64,000 nucleotides of DNA, taken from the NCBI GenBank assembly GCA_951406725.2, contig OX597815.1:20894001-20958000 (forward strand), in the 5' to 3' direction. The translations under genes and the position numbers were made by a program. Shown here in pieces: positions 1 through 12,000 of this stretch. The notes below the pieces were generated by a model. It made no database searches, had not been told where the DNA came from, and was given only the letters and a program-made list of their open reading frames with translations. Each line of letters opens with the position of its first letter. Positions within the stretch are counted from its first letter, which is position 1. This DNA comes from Octopus vulgaris (lineage: Eukaryota).

Positions 1-46
1 ACTACTACTACTAATAATAATAATAATAATAATAATGGTGATGATG

Positions 47-111
<65 letters not shown>

Positions 112-116
112 GGTGG

Positions 117-147
<31 letters not shown>

Positions 148-175
148 GATGATGCTGATGATGATGATGCTGATG

Positions 176-207
<32 letters not shown>

Positions 208-277
208 AATGATGATGATGATGCTGATGATGATGATAATAATGATGATGATGGTGATGATGATGATGATGATAATA

Positions 278-323
<46 letters not shown>

Positions 324-330
324 GTAATAA
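1..330. repeat. Compound trinucleotide microsatellite (ACT)n-(AAT)n-(GAT)n-(AAT)n
   Basis: Read directly; explains the poly-His/poly-Met ORFs at 11..394 and 35..355. Confidence 0.97.
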
Positions 331-987
331 TGCTTATTTCAATACAATTCCATAGAACCGAAACCACAAAAATGTAACAAAAAACTACATCCACTCAAGG
401 CAAGAAGTCTTAAATTTAAGACGACTGAAACAACAACAATACTGATCATAATAATGATGATGATGTTCATTTTATGTTATTTTATGTTCATGGCAACAAT
501 TTCAACACCTAAGACCATTCCAACTTATTAAGCACAATTTGTCTGAAACACTAATCATTATCAACAGAAATGTATTTCTGTCTTTATCTTAAATGCCAAA
601 CAATAAAATATTGATAGATAGACAGATACATAACGAGATAGTTTGATAGATAGTTTGGAGAGAGAAAAGGTTGCCCTGATTCCAGGAAATTAACTCTCGT
701 CAACTCTCGGTGCTGTTGTGAATAGTCGAGAATGTAGCCCACACTTTCGTTTTAACATAAAAATAACACCGCCTTCTGTCAACTCGTCTTTTATGCATAC
801 ACACTTGCTTTTCTCGTTATTTGACAAATACTTCGACTGAACAGCCTTCTCAAGTGCTCTGACAAACACTCCAAAACGCCATCAAACAGTAAAAATCTTC
901 AACTCCACTGTCATCATATCACGCATAAAAACATGCGTGTCAACCAGCTACCGACCGCTAAGATCAATCGAGGAGCATGCCTGCTCG

Positions 988-1003
988 CACGTGACTGACG
1001 TCA
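988..1003. promoter_or_regulatory. Adjacent E-box (CACGTGAC) and palindromic CRE (TGACGTCA)
   Basis: gCACGTGAC-TGACGTCAcc within a locally CpG-rich non-repetitive stretch (~700-1130); motif match only. Confidence 0.3.
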
Positions 1004-1256
1004 CCATCGACCAAGTATTTTTCTACGCGCCAGATGGTATCCGGTCATTCTAAAATCAAGAGTGTATGGTGTCCGTTAGTTCCTGTTTGCATTTATCCTG
1101 CACACGCAAATGTGTATATGTGCGCGTAGATCCCAGACTAGCCACATTTTCACCCACTCTTCCTTCTACAACTGTTTATATTTATCCGTAAATCATAGTG
1201 TTTTTAGAAACACGTGTTTATGCATGCATAATTCTGTTTCAGTGAACCTTTTTTCC

Positions 1257-1309
<53 letters not shown>

Positions 1310-1964
1310 GGCGTTTGGTCTAGAGTTTGACAACTTCGTTACTCTAATCTTGACATTTCAGGAAGAAATAACAAAGCAAAACGAAACAAAAAGTTGTAAT
1401 TTGTATGACCTACTCAGGCTACTCAGACTACTCCCACTGTGGTGCTCCAGCACTGCCAGAATACTATTGATTTAAACCAATTTAAAACACGCACTCGCAG
1501 ACGCATAGACAACACATACACTCACACACACACACATACAACATCTTATCGCACGAGCACATGTATAGACATATTACATAAGAACGAATGCTTCTGCCTA
1601 AAAATATATTGTGTGCAGAATTCCATGTTAACGAGATACTCGTCAATTAAGCATAGTTCCTTCTGCTTTCAGCAGTGAGCTGCACAACTATAATATAACA
1701 TGTATGTACAACTAACACTTCAGGGAAATTAATTTACATATTTTGCATAGAGCTTATGTATGCAAGAGACTTAAAATGACCGCCAACCGGATGTTGTAGT
1801 ATTTTAGTTTCTAAACTGAGCTACAAATATATAAAATAAATTATACTTTCTGTAGATAACCGTTTGAGATGGTTGATATTTGCACCGTCTTCTATATATT
1901 CCAACATTAAAAAAAGAAGAAGCTATATTTAAATGCGCAAATTAGGGAATGTCTATGTAGTCGA

Positions 1965-2117
1965 CTTACCTGCTGAAAATAGCAACCAAATCTCTCTTAA
2001 CTCATACCACAACATCTGAAAAAGGACATATTGTAAACCGTTGTACCTTATCCAAGAAGAAGTGCGTTTAGTGAAAGGTCTGTGCGGCCATGTTTGATTC
2101 CAGGTAAAACAACAACT
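1965..2117 (+). mobile_element. Old, decayed SINE-like family with (CAA)n tail (other copies near 2860-3050, 13885-14090, 28495-28650, 33765-33945, 43633-43800, 61700-61960)
   Basis: Shared degenerate motifs such as ctgctagaaatagcagccaaatctc and gatcagggctgacc...aacaacaac recur in both orientations. Confidence 0.55.
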
Positions 2118-2321
2118 TAGAATAAAAGAAGGTATTACTAGCCTCTAATGTTCTTGTGATTGTCAGGAATGAAAACCAAACAAGCTAATCCGTAGAACCA
2201 GCAACGCGAAAGTATTTAGAATAAGATTTCTTTTTTACGTCTTCTACTCCCCGCACGCCAATATCAATTGTGGAGCGTATCGTCAGAAGCAGTAAAGTGC
2301 TCAACTATATATCTTGCAGCA

Positions 2322-2544
2322 TAGGCGGCGAGCTGGCAGAAACGTTAGCACGCCGGGTGAAATGCGTAGCCGTATTTCGTCTACCGTTACGTTCTGGGTT
2401 CAAATTCCGCCAAGGTCGACTTTGCCATTCATCCTTTCGGGGTCGATAAATTAAGTACCAGTTACGCACTGGGGTCGATGTAATCGACTTAATCCCTTTG
2501 TCTGTCCTTGTTTTTCCCCTCTGTCTTTAGCCTCTTGTGAGTAG

Positions 2545-2547
<3 letters not shown>
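2322..2547 (+). mobile_element. tRNA-derived SINE, family B
   Basis: GGCGGCGAGCTGGCAGAA head, B-box-like GGGTTCAAATTCC, body catcctttcggggtcgataaattaagtacc; near-identical to 42753-42984; flanked by duplicated tatatatcttgcagca. Confidence 0.9.
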
Positions 2548-2600
<53 letters not shown>

Positions 2601-4765
2601 TGCAGCAACGACATAGGGTTCAAATCTAACCAAGGTCGATTGTGCCATTTATCTTTCATGTAGTGTTGATTAAATGAGTACCAGTTAGACTGATTAGAAA
2701 AATGTGCTGCTTCAAATCTAGTCACTGAAATCGATATTGGATTGAATTACGACCTCAAAGGTCAAGGGTTCAAATACCCTGCCGGATTTTGTATAACATT
2801 CTTCACAATCCGGTTTATAAAATGTCGTTATTGCTGTTCTTTAGCGATCTCATCTTTGTATTCCTTCCATGACCATCCCACTTTTTCTTTCGACAAGGAG
2901 AGGGCTGCATAATCGAATGTATCCTTCCTATTTTTAAGGCGATTCTTTCATTAGTGTTATTGGGGCCCCTCTCTCAAGTAGGGCGAAAGAGATTTGGTTG
3001 CTATTTCTAACATGCCGGAGTCATAATACGTAGATACTCCCTTGTTGGCTCATGACGTCATGAAGTTGAATATCATGTAGTTCCAAGGATCTGCGGAAAG
3101 ATTTAAATGTATTACATCACTCCATTAATCCACTAATCTCTTTTCTTTTGTACTTTATTTTCATGTACTTTGCTAAAAGTTTCAAAGTTGACAATCTATA
3201 TGTTACATCTGATGTCAGTCCCTTTCTAAACATTTTTAGCCAGGACGGATTATTATTGAAATCCTTCTTTTCATTTCAGATTTTTAAAGCAGAATATATC
3301 AAGAACTTCTTCATATATTGTTTGTTACTTTTTGTGTATTTTCTCCACATGATAATGCATCCTTTTCATCCTCAATTTATAATTTCCTCTTTTATTTCTA
3401 AGTCAGCGGAGAAGGGGCGGTGCCCATGACCTTTGTAGATTCCTCTCAGACTGCTGAGATCGTTAGCATTCGTGTTCACTTTGATTGAATCATCGGCAAG
3501 ACGAAATCACGAAAAGAAAATTCCAGATAGATGCAGCTTTGAGTAGATGATCCAGAGAAAGCGTTTTCTGCTGGATCTGGGTTGGGTAAAAACACAAAAG
3601 AGGAGAAGAAATGAGGAGAAACTGCTGGGTTGAGTGGCTCCTGAATAGCGATGGGAGTCAGCTACTTAATTCGAAGCTGTATCTGTTGTAAAATAGACAG
3701 AGAGAAAGCAGAATATCTGTAAACTACTGACTATTGTGTTGGTTAGTAAATCCTTGACAATCATTGAGAAACATTGCCTTTTCCTTACCGCATATACATT
3801 CCCAATCATATTTTCGAGACTCGTTTTTTATATTGTTTTTCGTGCAGGTGGCATCATTAGTGGTTAACATGAGGTTTATTTTTATTAAATATTCTGATTT
3901 GTCATAACTTCCGGTTTACGTTATTGTGTACCTACTTAGTGACTGCCACATCACTATTTCATACGCGAAGAAGTCTACTAAAAGCGGAACATATCCGAGC
4001 TTTTGTTTTTTACACGCCTAAATTAATAAACTATTATTTGTCACTGAGCTAATATTATCTTCTCTGCTCATTAGTGCATTTGTGTTTCTCATAAAAGTTT
4101 TGATACTCACTACACTAGGTAAGTAAACGCGAATTTAGTAACCAATCACATATAACTTTCTTAGATTAGTTCTGTGTGGTTTGTCGATGTAACAGCTACA
4201 ACATCACTGCCCCAGGAACTTGAGCAGCACACGAAATAAACTTTCAGTTGCTAGATAATGGCTAATGTTGATGTATCCGATAACGAGCTTCGAATTTACA
4301 GATTTCAGCTCATCCATTTGTTTCAACACAAATTCATATATAACTCCTCATAATCGAGCATGGTGCTTAAATTTATTCATTGAAAATAGATGCAAGCAAG
4401 GCTCTCTGGTTAAGAAGTTCGCTTCACAATCACGTGGTTCTAGATTCGATCCTACTGCACAGCATGTTGCCTCGTGTTGGCCCAAAAGTTGTAAGTGAAA
4501 TGAGTTGACGGAAACTGAGTGGAAGCCCGTCAGATAGACCGCACCTGTTCTCGAATTGATAGCTTAAACCGTCCCCGGTTTATCGCCTTTCCTGGCTTTT
4601 GTGTGCTTTGTGTACTTCGACAGAGTCAAGTCTATTGTACGCATTCGGACCACGAAGCCAGCCTAATGAGAACTCAGTATCATGGATGAATTATGGATGT
4701 CGACTTTCTGTCAAAAAATGTAACTATGCAACTTAGTCATTCAACAAATAGAGATGAATAAAATA

Positions 4766-5239
4766 CCGTAAATCCTCGAGTATAATCCGCATTTTTCCCC
4801 AAAATTTAAAGGTCAAAATACGAGGTTAAAAATGAAAATTATTTTCTAAACAATGTCCGAGTTTCTATTTGCTGTCCGGCAATGTTTATTCAGATGCATT
4901 TTGTGATGTCGGGCACGAAAATACCTTAAGCTAAGCCTGAAAGCAATGAAGTCATAAAAGAATCATCCATAACATGCAGTAAGCAACATTTATTAAACGT
5001 TATTACTGTTATTTCTTTATTTTCTGCAAACAAAATTCACAAAAAAGCTACGTTTGCATTATGTTATATATACAATAATAATACAGGACGTTGCCGTATA
5101 CATTTTTACAAACCAAGGACGTTATATAGACCTCCTTGACTCAAGTTAGAGAAGGGTTGCGTATTATACACAAGGTTTAGGTTTTTCAGAAGTATATCTC
5201 CCTAAAAATCCCCTGCGAACTATACTCGAGTATTTACGG
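4766..5239. mobile_element. Non-autonomous Tc1/pogo(Tigger)-like MITE
   Basis: TIRs CCGTAAATCCTCGAGTATA / TATACTCGAGTATTTACGG with TA target duplications; second copy at 38288-38788 in opposite orientation. Confidence 0.9.
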
Positions 5240-5537
5240 TAAGTACTTAGGGTTTTTTTTAATCGCCGAAAACACTATGGTACAATACACCAAAATTCCT
5301 GTAGTCCAGTGATTGAAACCAGTAAATTTTTTTTTTTTATCAGTAACGTCTAGAATGATATCAGAACGGCATGAGAGGATAAATTCGGTAGAGCTTTAGG
5401 AAAAAATATTTCATGGTATTTAAATAGATTCGTATTTTAAAAAAGTTCTGTGCTCAAATCACGCTAAGGACATCTGTACTTTTCATCTAAGGGTCGATAA
5501 AATAAAATACCATTCAGTTACTGGGGTCAATTTAATA

Positions 5538-5743
5538 TTTACTCTTTTACTTGTTTCAGTCATTTGACTGCGGCCATGCTGGAGCACTGCCTTTAGTCGA
5601 GCAAATCGACCCCAGGACTTATTCTTTTTTAATCCTAGTACTTATTCTATCGGTCTCTTTTGCCGAACCGCTAAGTTACGGTGACGTAAAAACACCAGCA
5701 GCGGTTGTCAAGCGATGTTTGGGGGACAAACACAGACACACAA

Positions 5744-5774
<31 letters not shown>

Positions 5775-5884
5775 GATATATACATATATACAACAGGCTT
5801 CTTTTCAGTTTCCGTCTACCAAATCCACTCACAAGGCTTTGGTCGGCCCGAGGCTATAGTAGGAGACACTTGCCCAAGGTGCCA
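5538..5884 (-). mobile_element. SINE family A (tRNA head, CORE-like ACCTTGGGCAAGT, internal TA/TG microsatellite), 5'-truncated
   Basis: Reverse complement matches 21882-22306, including the (GAGTAAAA)n tail. Confidence 0.9.
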
Positions 5885-7481
5885 TTTCTGCGCCTATTTC
5901 ATTAAAACTCCAATGATATGAAGTGAATTATAATAGAAGACGAAGACTAAGATTCAGCTCATCTTCTGGTATTCATAAAACAGGTACCTGTCATCTATTG
6001 GGTTCCATTTGATCAATTATTCCCCAACAACTAAATATGGAGTCTTGTGTTTTAAGTTAGAAACTGTATTATAACACCAGGAGCAGGCTTTCTACCTGTC
6101 ACATGTTAGATAACAAAGATGTTCTTTAAGTAGAAAATGTGTTGCCTTAATGAACCACTTAAATCAACTTAACTGTAAAGAATATTGTAAAAATTAGTTA
6201 AGAATTTAATGATAAATGAATTTCAAAGACTCGGGTTTACCTTGCAGACATCATCGGAAAGTTGCGTAACAATCACCACCACCACCACCACCACCACCGA
6301 AACTACTTAAAACTCTAATATCTTCTCTCGTTCCCCACCGTCAGCTATCCGTCACCTTTTATCACTATATCACCTATTCGTCATTGACGTTTTATTACTT
6401 CCTAATGCGTACGTCACAAGTCATTCACTCATCACTAAATGACTGATGACTAAACCAGAAGGTTCGAAAGCTAATGTCAGTCATGTGAAATTCATTAAAT
6501 ATATTATGAGTGAGAGAGAGAGAAAAGGAGTAAGTAAAAGAGAGAGAAAGGGAAGGAGGGACGGAGAGAAAGAAGGAAAGTCAGAGGGGAAAGTGAGAGA
6601 GGAAAAGAGCGAGAGAAAGAGAGAGTAAAGAGATGAGAAGCCGCTGGATATGTAAAAAGAGAAATAAAACTGGAATGTAACAAACTTGTGCATTTTCTAA
6701 TCACACTTCAGCCTATTTCGATGATTAAAAATGTACATATTTTTGTATTGGCTTACAAATTTTATCTTATTTTTACTTCTTGTTCTCCTCTTCGTTCGCT
6801 GTAAAAACTTTAAAATATTTAGAAGTATGCAGCAAATGAGCTTGGCTGTAATGTTTGCCATTCACGTATTTCTGTTCTTTACAGTTTGGGGAGCTGATGT
6901 GCTTGATGCGTCGTTATAGATTAACCATTTTGTTTATTAAGACGCTTCAACTTCTCTGCTGTTGCTCCACATTACGGACGTATATCAAGATATCTGACAG
7001 GCAAGGATTGAGTTATGTTACAAACATTCTTGATTTATGATTTATTGAATTACAGTACGCCTGAGCTATTAGTGGTCGGTAGAGTTTTTCAACGATGTTT
7101 TATGTGACTATGTTAAATGAAAAGTAAACGTAAAAAATTATATAGAATTGAGCTGGAAGACAGATAAAGAAAACGGAATACTAAACTATATAAGAGTTTA
7201 TATAACGTAAAGAGCGAATAGTAAGCGTTAAATTTAGTATATAAATTTAATATGGGGTAAATATGAATAAATTATATACAACTTGAGAAATATGTAAACA
7301 TACTTCGAAAAATAACCCCCTTCACAATCACCACCATCACGACCAACATCACCGCCGCCACCGCGACCACCATCGACCAGAAAATGTGCCAAATGAACCC
7401 CAACTACTGAAATAAAGAAACCCATACACAATCACATAAATACTGTCATATACACCTATGAGTGCGTAGGTATAAGTGAAT

Positions 7482-7517
<36 letters not shown>

Positions 7518-7889
7518 TATGTGAGTATGTGGGTGCGATAGAGAGAGAGGGGGAGAGAGAGCGTATTAATATGCGCGTTTTCAAATATAAACATACACAA
7601 ATATATATATATATATATATAGTCACATAGAGACATAAATGATATTCAAATTATTAAATCATTTGTTAAAATTTATTTGTTAAAACTTTCCCTCCTCTCG
7701 TGTCTCTTTGCTCATTGCTTTCATTATACATACATGCTTATTTACATACATGGATAAATATATACGTATATTATGTATGTATGTATGTATGTACACATTA
7801 TACACCGAAAACCAGGATGAAAATGTCTTTAAGATATAATATGCTACAGTAATTTGTGTGTGTATATGTGTGAGTGTGTGTGTGTGTGT

Positions 7890-7934
<45 letters not shown>

Positions 7935-8989
7935 CGTGTGTGTTTGTGTGTGTGTGTAAATCTAATCATTTAGGTTAAAAGACACATGGTTTTAATCAAA
8001 TCAAGGGCAACAATTCTGGTCTTCAGATTCAGCCAATTTGAGGATTGTCTTCGGGAGGAAGTGTAATGGTTAAGCTCACTTGCTGCATGTAGTTACACGT
8101 AAGCGAAATGCATTGTTCCTTAATTAGCCTACAACTGATGAATTTAAACTAAGCAAAATTACAAGGAACGTTATACAGCCTGAGTATTGTATATTATCAA
8201 CTATTTATGCATATAAAACCACATATACGCCTTCAATCATATTTATCAGGCAAGGAATTGTAATCTTTGATGTTATATTCCATATTTGTTTGGCAATACA
8301 AGGCCGTTATTCATCTTATCTAAAACTTGAGATCTTTGATATCTCTTGAAGCGGAAGTGTTTGAAGTATATTTAATGCCGATTTTTAAACCAAAACACAA
8401 CCATATTTAGTACAGATGAATGACACCAAAAATTGGCATATTTAACAGAGATAACGACCCTCAATGTTAGCATATTCAGGGCAGATTAATACCTCCAAAT
8501 ATTTTCATATTTAATAAAGATGTATGATCTCAACTGTTCGCATACTTACTTTAGATCAAGCATATCAAACACGGCCCTTTTCGAGCAAACGTGCAGCCCA
8601 CAAGTGGCATAGGCTAGAGGTTTAAAAATGGGGAGTTCAAACAAATAACTAATGATAATTTAAATAATATAAATAGGATTATTGATGAGTAAATAAAAAG
8701 TTTTAAAAGGTTTTTTACTCAATGATCACGAATTGATATGACAGATATATTTGAAAAAACGTGTACTTAAAAATATGGGACCCCCAGTGCAACACGTATG
8801 TCAGCAATGTGGCTCAAAGAAACTCTACAGATAATTGGTTCATTATCAGTAGTATAGTTATTATCAGTAGTACAGATAATGACCCCGGTATTAGTATATT
8901 TACTATAGATTAATAGCCGCAAATGTTACCTTATTTAGTACAAATGTATGACCCTAATGTGTGTGTATGTATGTATGTATGTATATATA

Positions 8990-9156
8990 TAGGGAGAGTT
9001 GACGAAGAAAACAAAAGACGAAGACAGATAGTGTACAAAACAAACAGATATATTAGTATAACGCTTAGGAATAGAAAAAGTATTTTACGTTTCGAGCCTA
9101 CGCTCTCTACAGAAAGGGACACAGAAAAATAACAAGGAGAGAAACAAGAAGAGAAA
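8990..9156 (-). mobile_element. Short PLE pLTR-like repeat in (TA)n carrying a hammerhead motif
   Basis: Reverse complement of the 31040-31226 element; related to 41655-41860. Confidence 0.7.
9082..9116 (-). ncRNA. Minimal type-I hammerhead ribozyme variant (CUGUAGA core)
   Basis: Minus strand: uuu-CUGUAGA-GAGC(guag)GCUC-GAAA-CG-UA^aaa; palindromic ACGU stem III; A6U core change. Confidence 0.6.
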
Positions 9157-9253
9157 AATATATATATATATATAACGATTCGTTACAATTGTTTCTGCAG
9201 GAGGAGGAGGAGGAGAGGGGGGAGGGGGAGGGAAAACGAGCAGGCGACGAATG

Positions 9254-9331
9254 GAAGAAGAAGAAGAAGAAGAAGAAGAAGAAGAAGAAGAAGAAGAAGA
9301 AGAAGAAGAAGAAGAAGAAGAAGAAGAAGAA
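9254..9331. repeat. (GAA)n microsatellite
   Basis: Read directly. Confidence 0.97.
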
Positions 9332-9866
9332 GCTAAACAACATAGATAAATTAGGTAGGGCCATATATAACAAATCGGTTTATCTTGGCGTATGCTCGTG
9401 GTCGCTCAGTGCAAACAGTTCCACTGCTACCAAAATTCGTCTGAGGAATGAAAATTTCTTTGACCACCAAACGATATTCACCTACAACTAAAAGTGAAAA
9501 AAAACCCTATTAAATAGCTAACTTGACAATTGGCCAGGAATTAAATAACGAGGATATTTATGATGTTTTGGATCTAGTACGTGTGAGTGTACGTTATTGT
9601 AGTGCGCGTAGTAGGCTAGCAGTCCTACTTTGTGACCCCCTTTTTTCCGAATGGTCATATCTGGAACGTCTTTCATCATTAATTTGATCTACCAGCAATG
9701 AGTTGCGCTAACCAACAACAACAGCACAACAACAACAGCAACAACAACAGCAACAACAACAACATATGCTCGAACTGTATATACTACAAACACCATGCTA
9801 TGATCCCACACACATAGGTATTTAATATTCATGCAGCGTGGTGTTCCATATATATTCCGTCGCTCT

Positions 9867-9915
<49 letters not shown>

Positions 9916-9920
<5 letters not shown>

Positions 9921-10449
9921 ACCTTCGAATATCTATTTTCCCAACAAACCTATGTTTAGAACAAAAGACTGCATCACTAATCGCAGTGTGGAATTTTGCT
10001 ACAAGCTTTTACTCACGTTTATAACTACAACACAATAACAATGTGTTCTATTAAGATTGTTCGCTGTCGAATATCTACTTTGCCACCAGTCGAAGGTATG
10101 AAATCTTAATGAAGCAAAAATTAATCAATCACATATTTTCTCCAGATCTAGTACGTGTGAGTGTACGTTAGTGCGTGTACGCGTGTATGTATATATATGT
10201 ATGCGTGTTGGTCACTTTCGAGTTATTTCTCTCAGCTTATTTTTTTTTTAGATTATATCAATATAAATACACACACACATTTAGATTATATTAATATAAA
10301 TACACACACACACACATACACACACAACACAACACACACACACATACATGCTTAGATGAATAAACGGTGATGAGTGAAAATTCTGTAAACAATAATTATA
10401 AGCTTTAAGCATACAAGTGTTCGATGGGAAAAAATAGATATTCGAAGGT

Positions 10450-10454
<5 letters not shown>
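9916..10454. mobile_element. MITE-like element with ~28-bp terminal inverted repeats, inserted in (TA)n
   Basis: aaagtaccttcgaatatctattttccca (from 9916) versus tgggaaaaaatagatattcgaaggtacttt (to 10454), both ends embedded in (TA)n. Confidence 0.7.
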
Positions 10455-10491
<37 letters not shown>

Positions 10492-10752
10492 TAAGGGTAG
10501 AAATTGAATTGATATTAATCAATTAAAACCAGTGGCCTAGCATATTTTTAAAAATCCGAAGATTAAAATTTTTTTACAAACAAAATTTAGAGGACTGACC
10601 ACTAAAGTGGACAGCCTGTAATGCTAGATATGGACGTCAAGTCGCCATTTTCCACGACGAATGTGTTCTCAAGAAAAAAACTCACCAAAAAAAAAAACAA
10701 AGTGTAAAAGTAAGCAAGACAAATGAAAATATACGAAATAAAAGACGATTAC

Positions 10753-10827
10753 CTATGTACTAACTACTTTCACTTGTTAATATTTACGTATATGGACACG
10801 TAAACATCGGCAAGATCATCAGCATAG
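10753..10827 (-). ncRNA. Type-I hammerhead ribozyme with extended stem II
   Basis: CUAUG-CUGAUGA-u-CUUG cc GAUGUUUACGUGU(ccau)AUACGUAAAUAUU aa CAAG-u-GAAA-GUAGUUAG-UA^CAUAG; 5-bp stem I; stem III mutated relative to the sister copy. Confidence 0.8.
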
Positions 10828-10973
10828 TCTGTCGTTTACAAAACACAATTTCCAGAACTAGATACAGAAACGCTCAACCGAAATCCATCATGTATAAAGT
10901 TCTTCAAATTATATTTATATGTATCTTTCAAATGCCTTCACTTTGGCGCGCTGAGATCGGAAATTACTCTGCA

Positions 10974-11043
10974 GTGATGATCTTGCAGATGTTCACGTGT
11001 CCATATACGTAAATATTAACAAGTGAAACTAATTAGTACATAG
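10974..11043 (+). ncRNA. Hammerhead ribozyme copy with extended stem II, 5'-damaged
   Basis: GUGAUGA...long stem II...GAAA-CUAAUUAG-UA^CAUAG; perfect palindrome ACUAAUUAGU; C3 and the 5' strand of stem I are lost. Confidence 0.65.
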
Positions 11044-11208
11044 GTAGTTGTTTTTTATTTCGTATATTTTCATTTGTCTTGCTTATTTTTATACTGGTTA
11101 TTTTGCTGAGTTTTCTCTTGAGAACACATTCTTCCTGGAAAATGGCAACTTGACGTCTATATCTAGCATTACAAGCTGTTCACTTTTAGTGTTCAGTCCT
11201 CTAAATTT

Positions 11209-11241
<33 letters not shown>

Positions 11242-12000
11242 CCATTCATTTATATATGCGTATGCATGAAGATGCGTGGCCAAGTAGTTGGATTATGATA
11301 TCCTGACCTTATAGTTGAGAGTTCCGTTCTTAGAGCAGGTGGTGGTTTAGTCCCCTAAGAAGGACTTATATTTCACATGGCTCCCGTCTATTTAACTGAA
11401 AATCAGCACCAACTGATAACAAATATACTTTCTCTCATTCCCTCCAGCAATCATTTAGGTCAAAGGTGTGAGTGCTAAGAATGTGTGCCTACTTCTGACT
11501 AAGTTTTAGCAGATTTAATATTTCTCTATAAAATATTTAAGGTTAAAACACACGGATATGTGGCATAAAGTCTGGTTAAAACGTTAGCTTCTTGTTCAGT
11601 CCCACCTTGGGCAAATATCTTTCACTATAGCTTCGTGTTGACCAATGCCTTGTGTGCGAACTCCGCTGAAGAAAACAGTGGACGCCCGCCGTGTGTGTGT
11701 GTGTGAGAGAGAGAGAGAGAAGAGAGAGAGAGAGGAGGCCTTTTATTTTATGCCTTAGATTATCAATATAATCAACCATGCGCTTGACAAGAATAGTGTG
11801 AATGATCGCAGTGGAATTAGAAAAGTCAGTAATAGACAAAAAGAAAAAAAGCTCGATATTTATTTATAATTATGAGCTGCTCCCGAGTAAATTCTGCGAT
11901 TTATAAATTTTTCTTATTTCGATTTTGATACATTGTTCTTCGCTATATTATACCTTTATATTAAAGATTTCAGTAATGTGTTCGATATTCCTTCATAGAT

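Larger units (their letters stand above)
10581..11210. repeat. Head-to-head inverted pair of ~240-bp PLE pLTR-like repeats (10581-10827 minus; 10974-11210 plus)
   Basis: Arms are diverged reverse complements, e.g. caaaatttagaggactga / tcagtcctctaaattttg; ~145-bp spacer. Confidence 0.9.

Noticed and set aside
11-394. Poly-His/poly-Met ORFs and the many YI-, CV-, HT- and poly-Leu ORFs across the window (e.g. 24221..25126)
   Set aside because: Translations of microsatellites with no domain content
3050-3063. 14-bp palindrome TCATGACGTCATGA containing a CRE
   Set aside because: Isolated motif at the edge of a decayed repeat, with no other support
6671-6692. TGGAATGTAA, resembling the start of miR-1
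   Set aside because: The remainder diverges from miR-1 and no hairpin partner is visible
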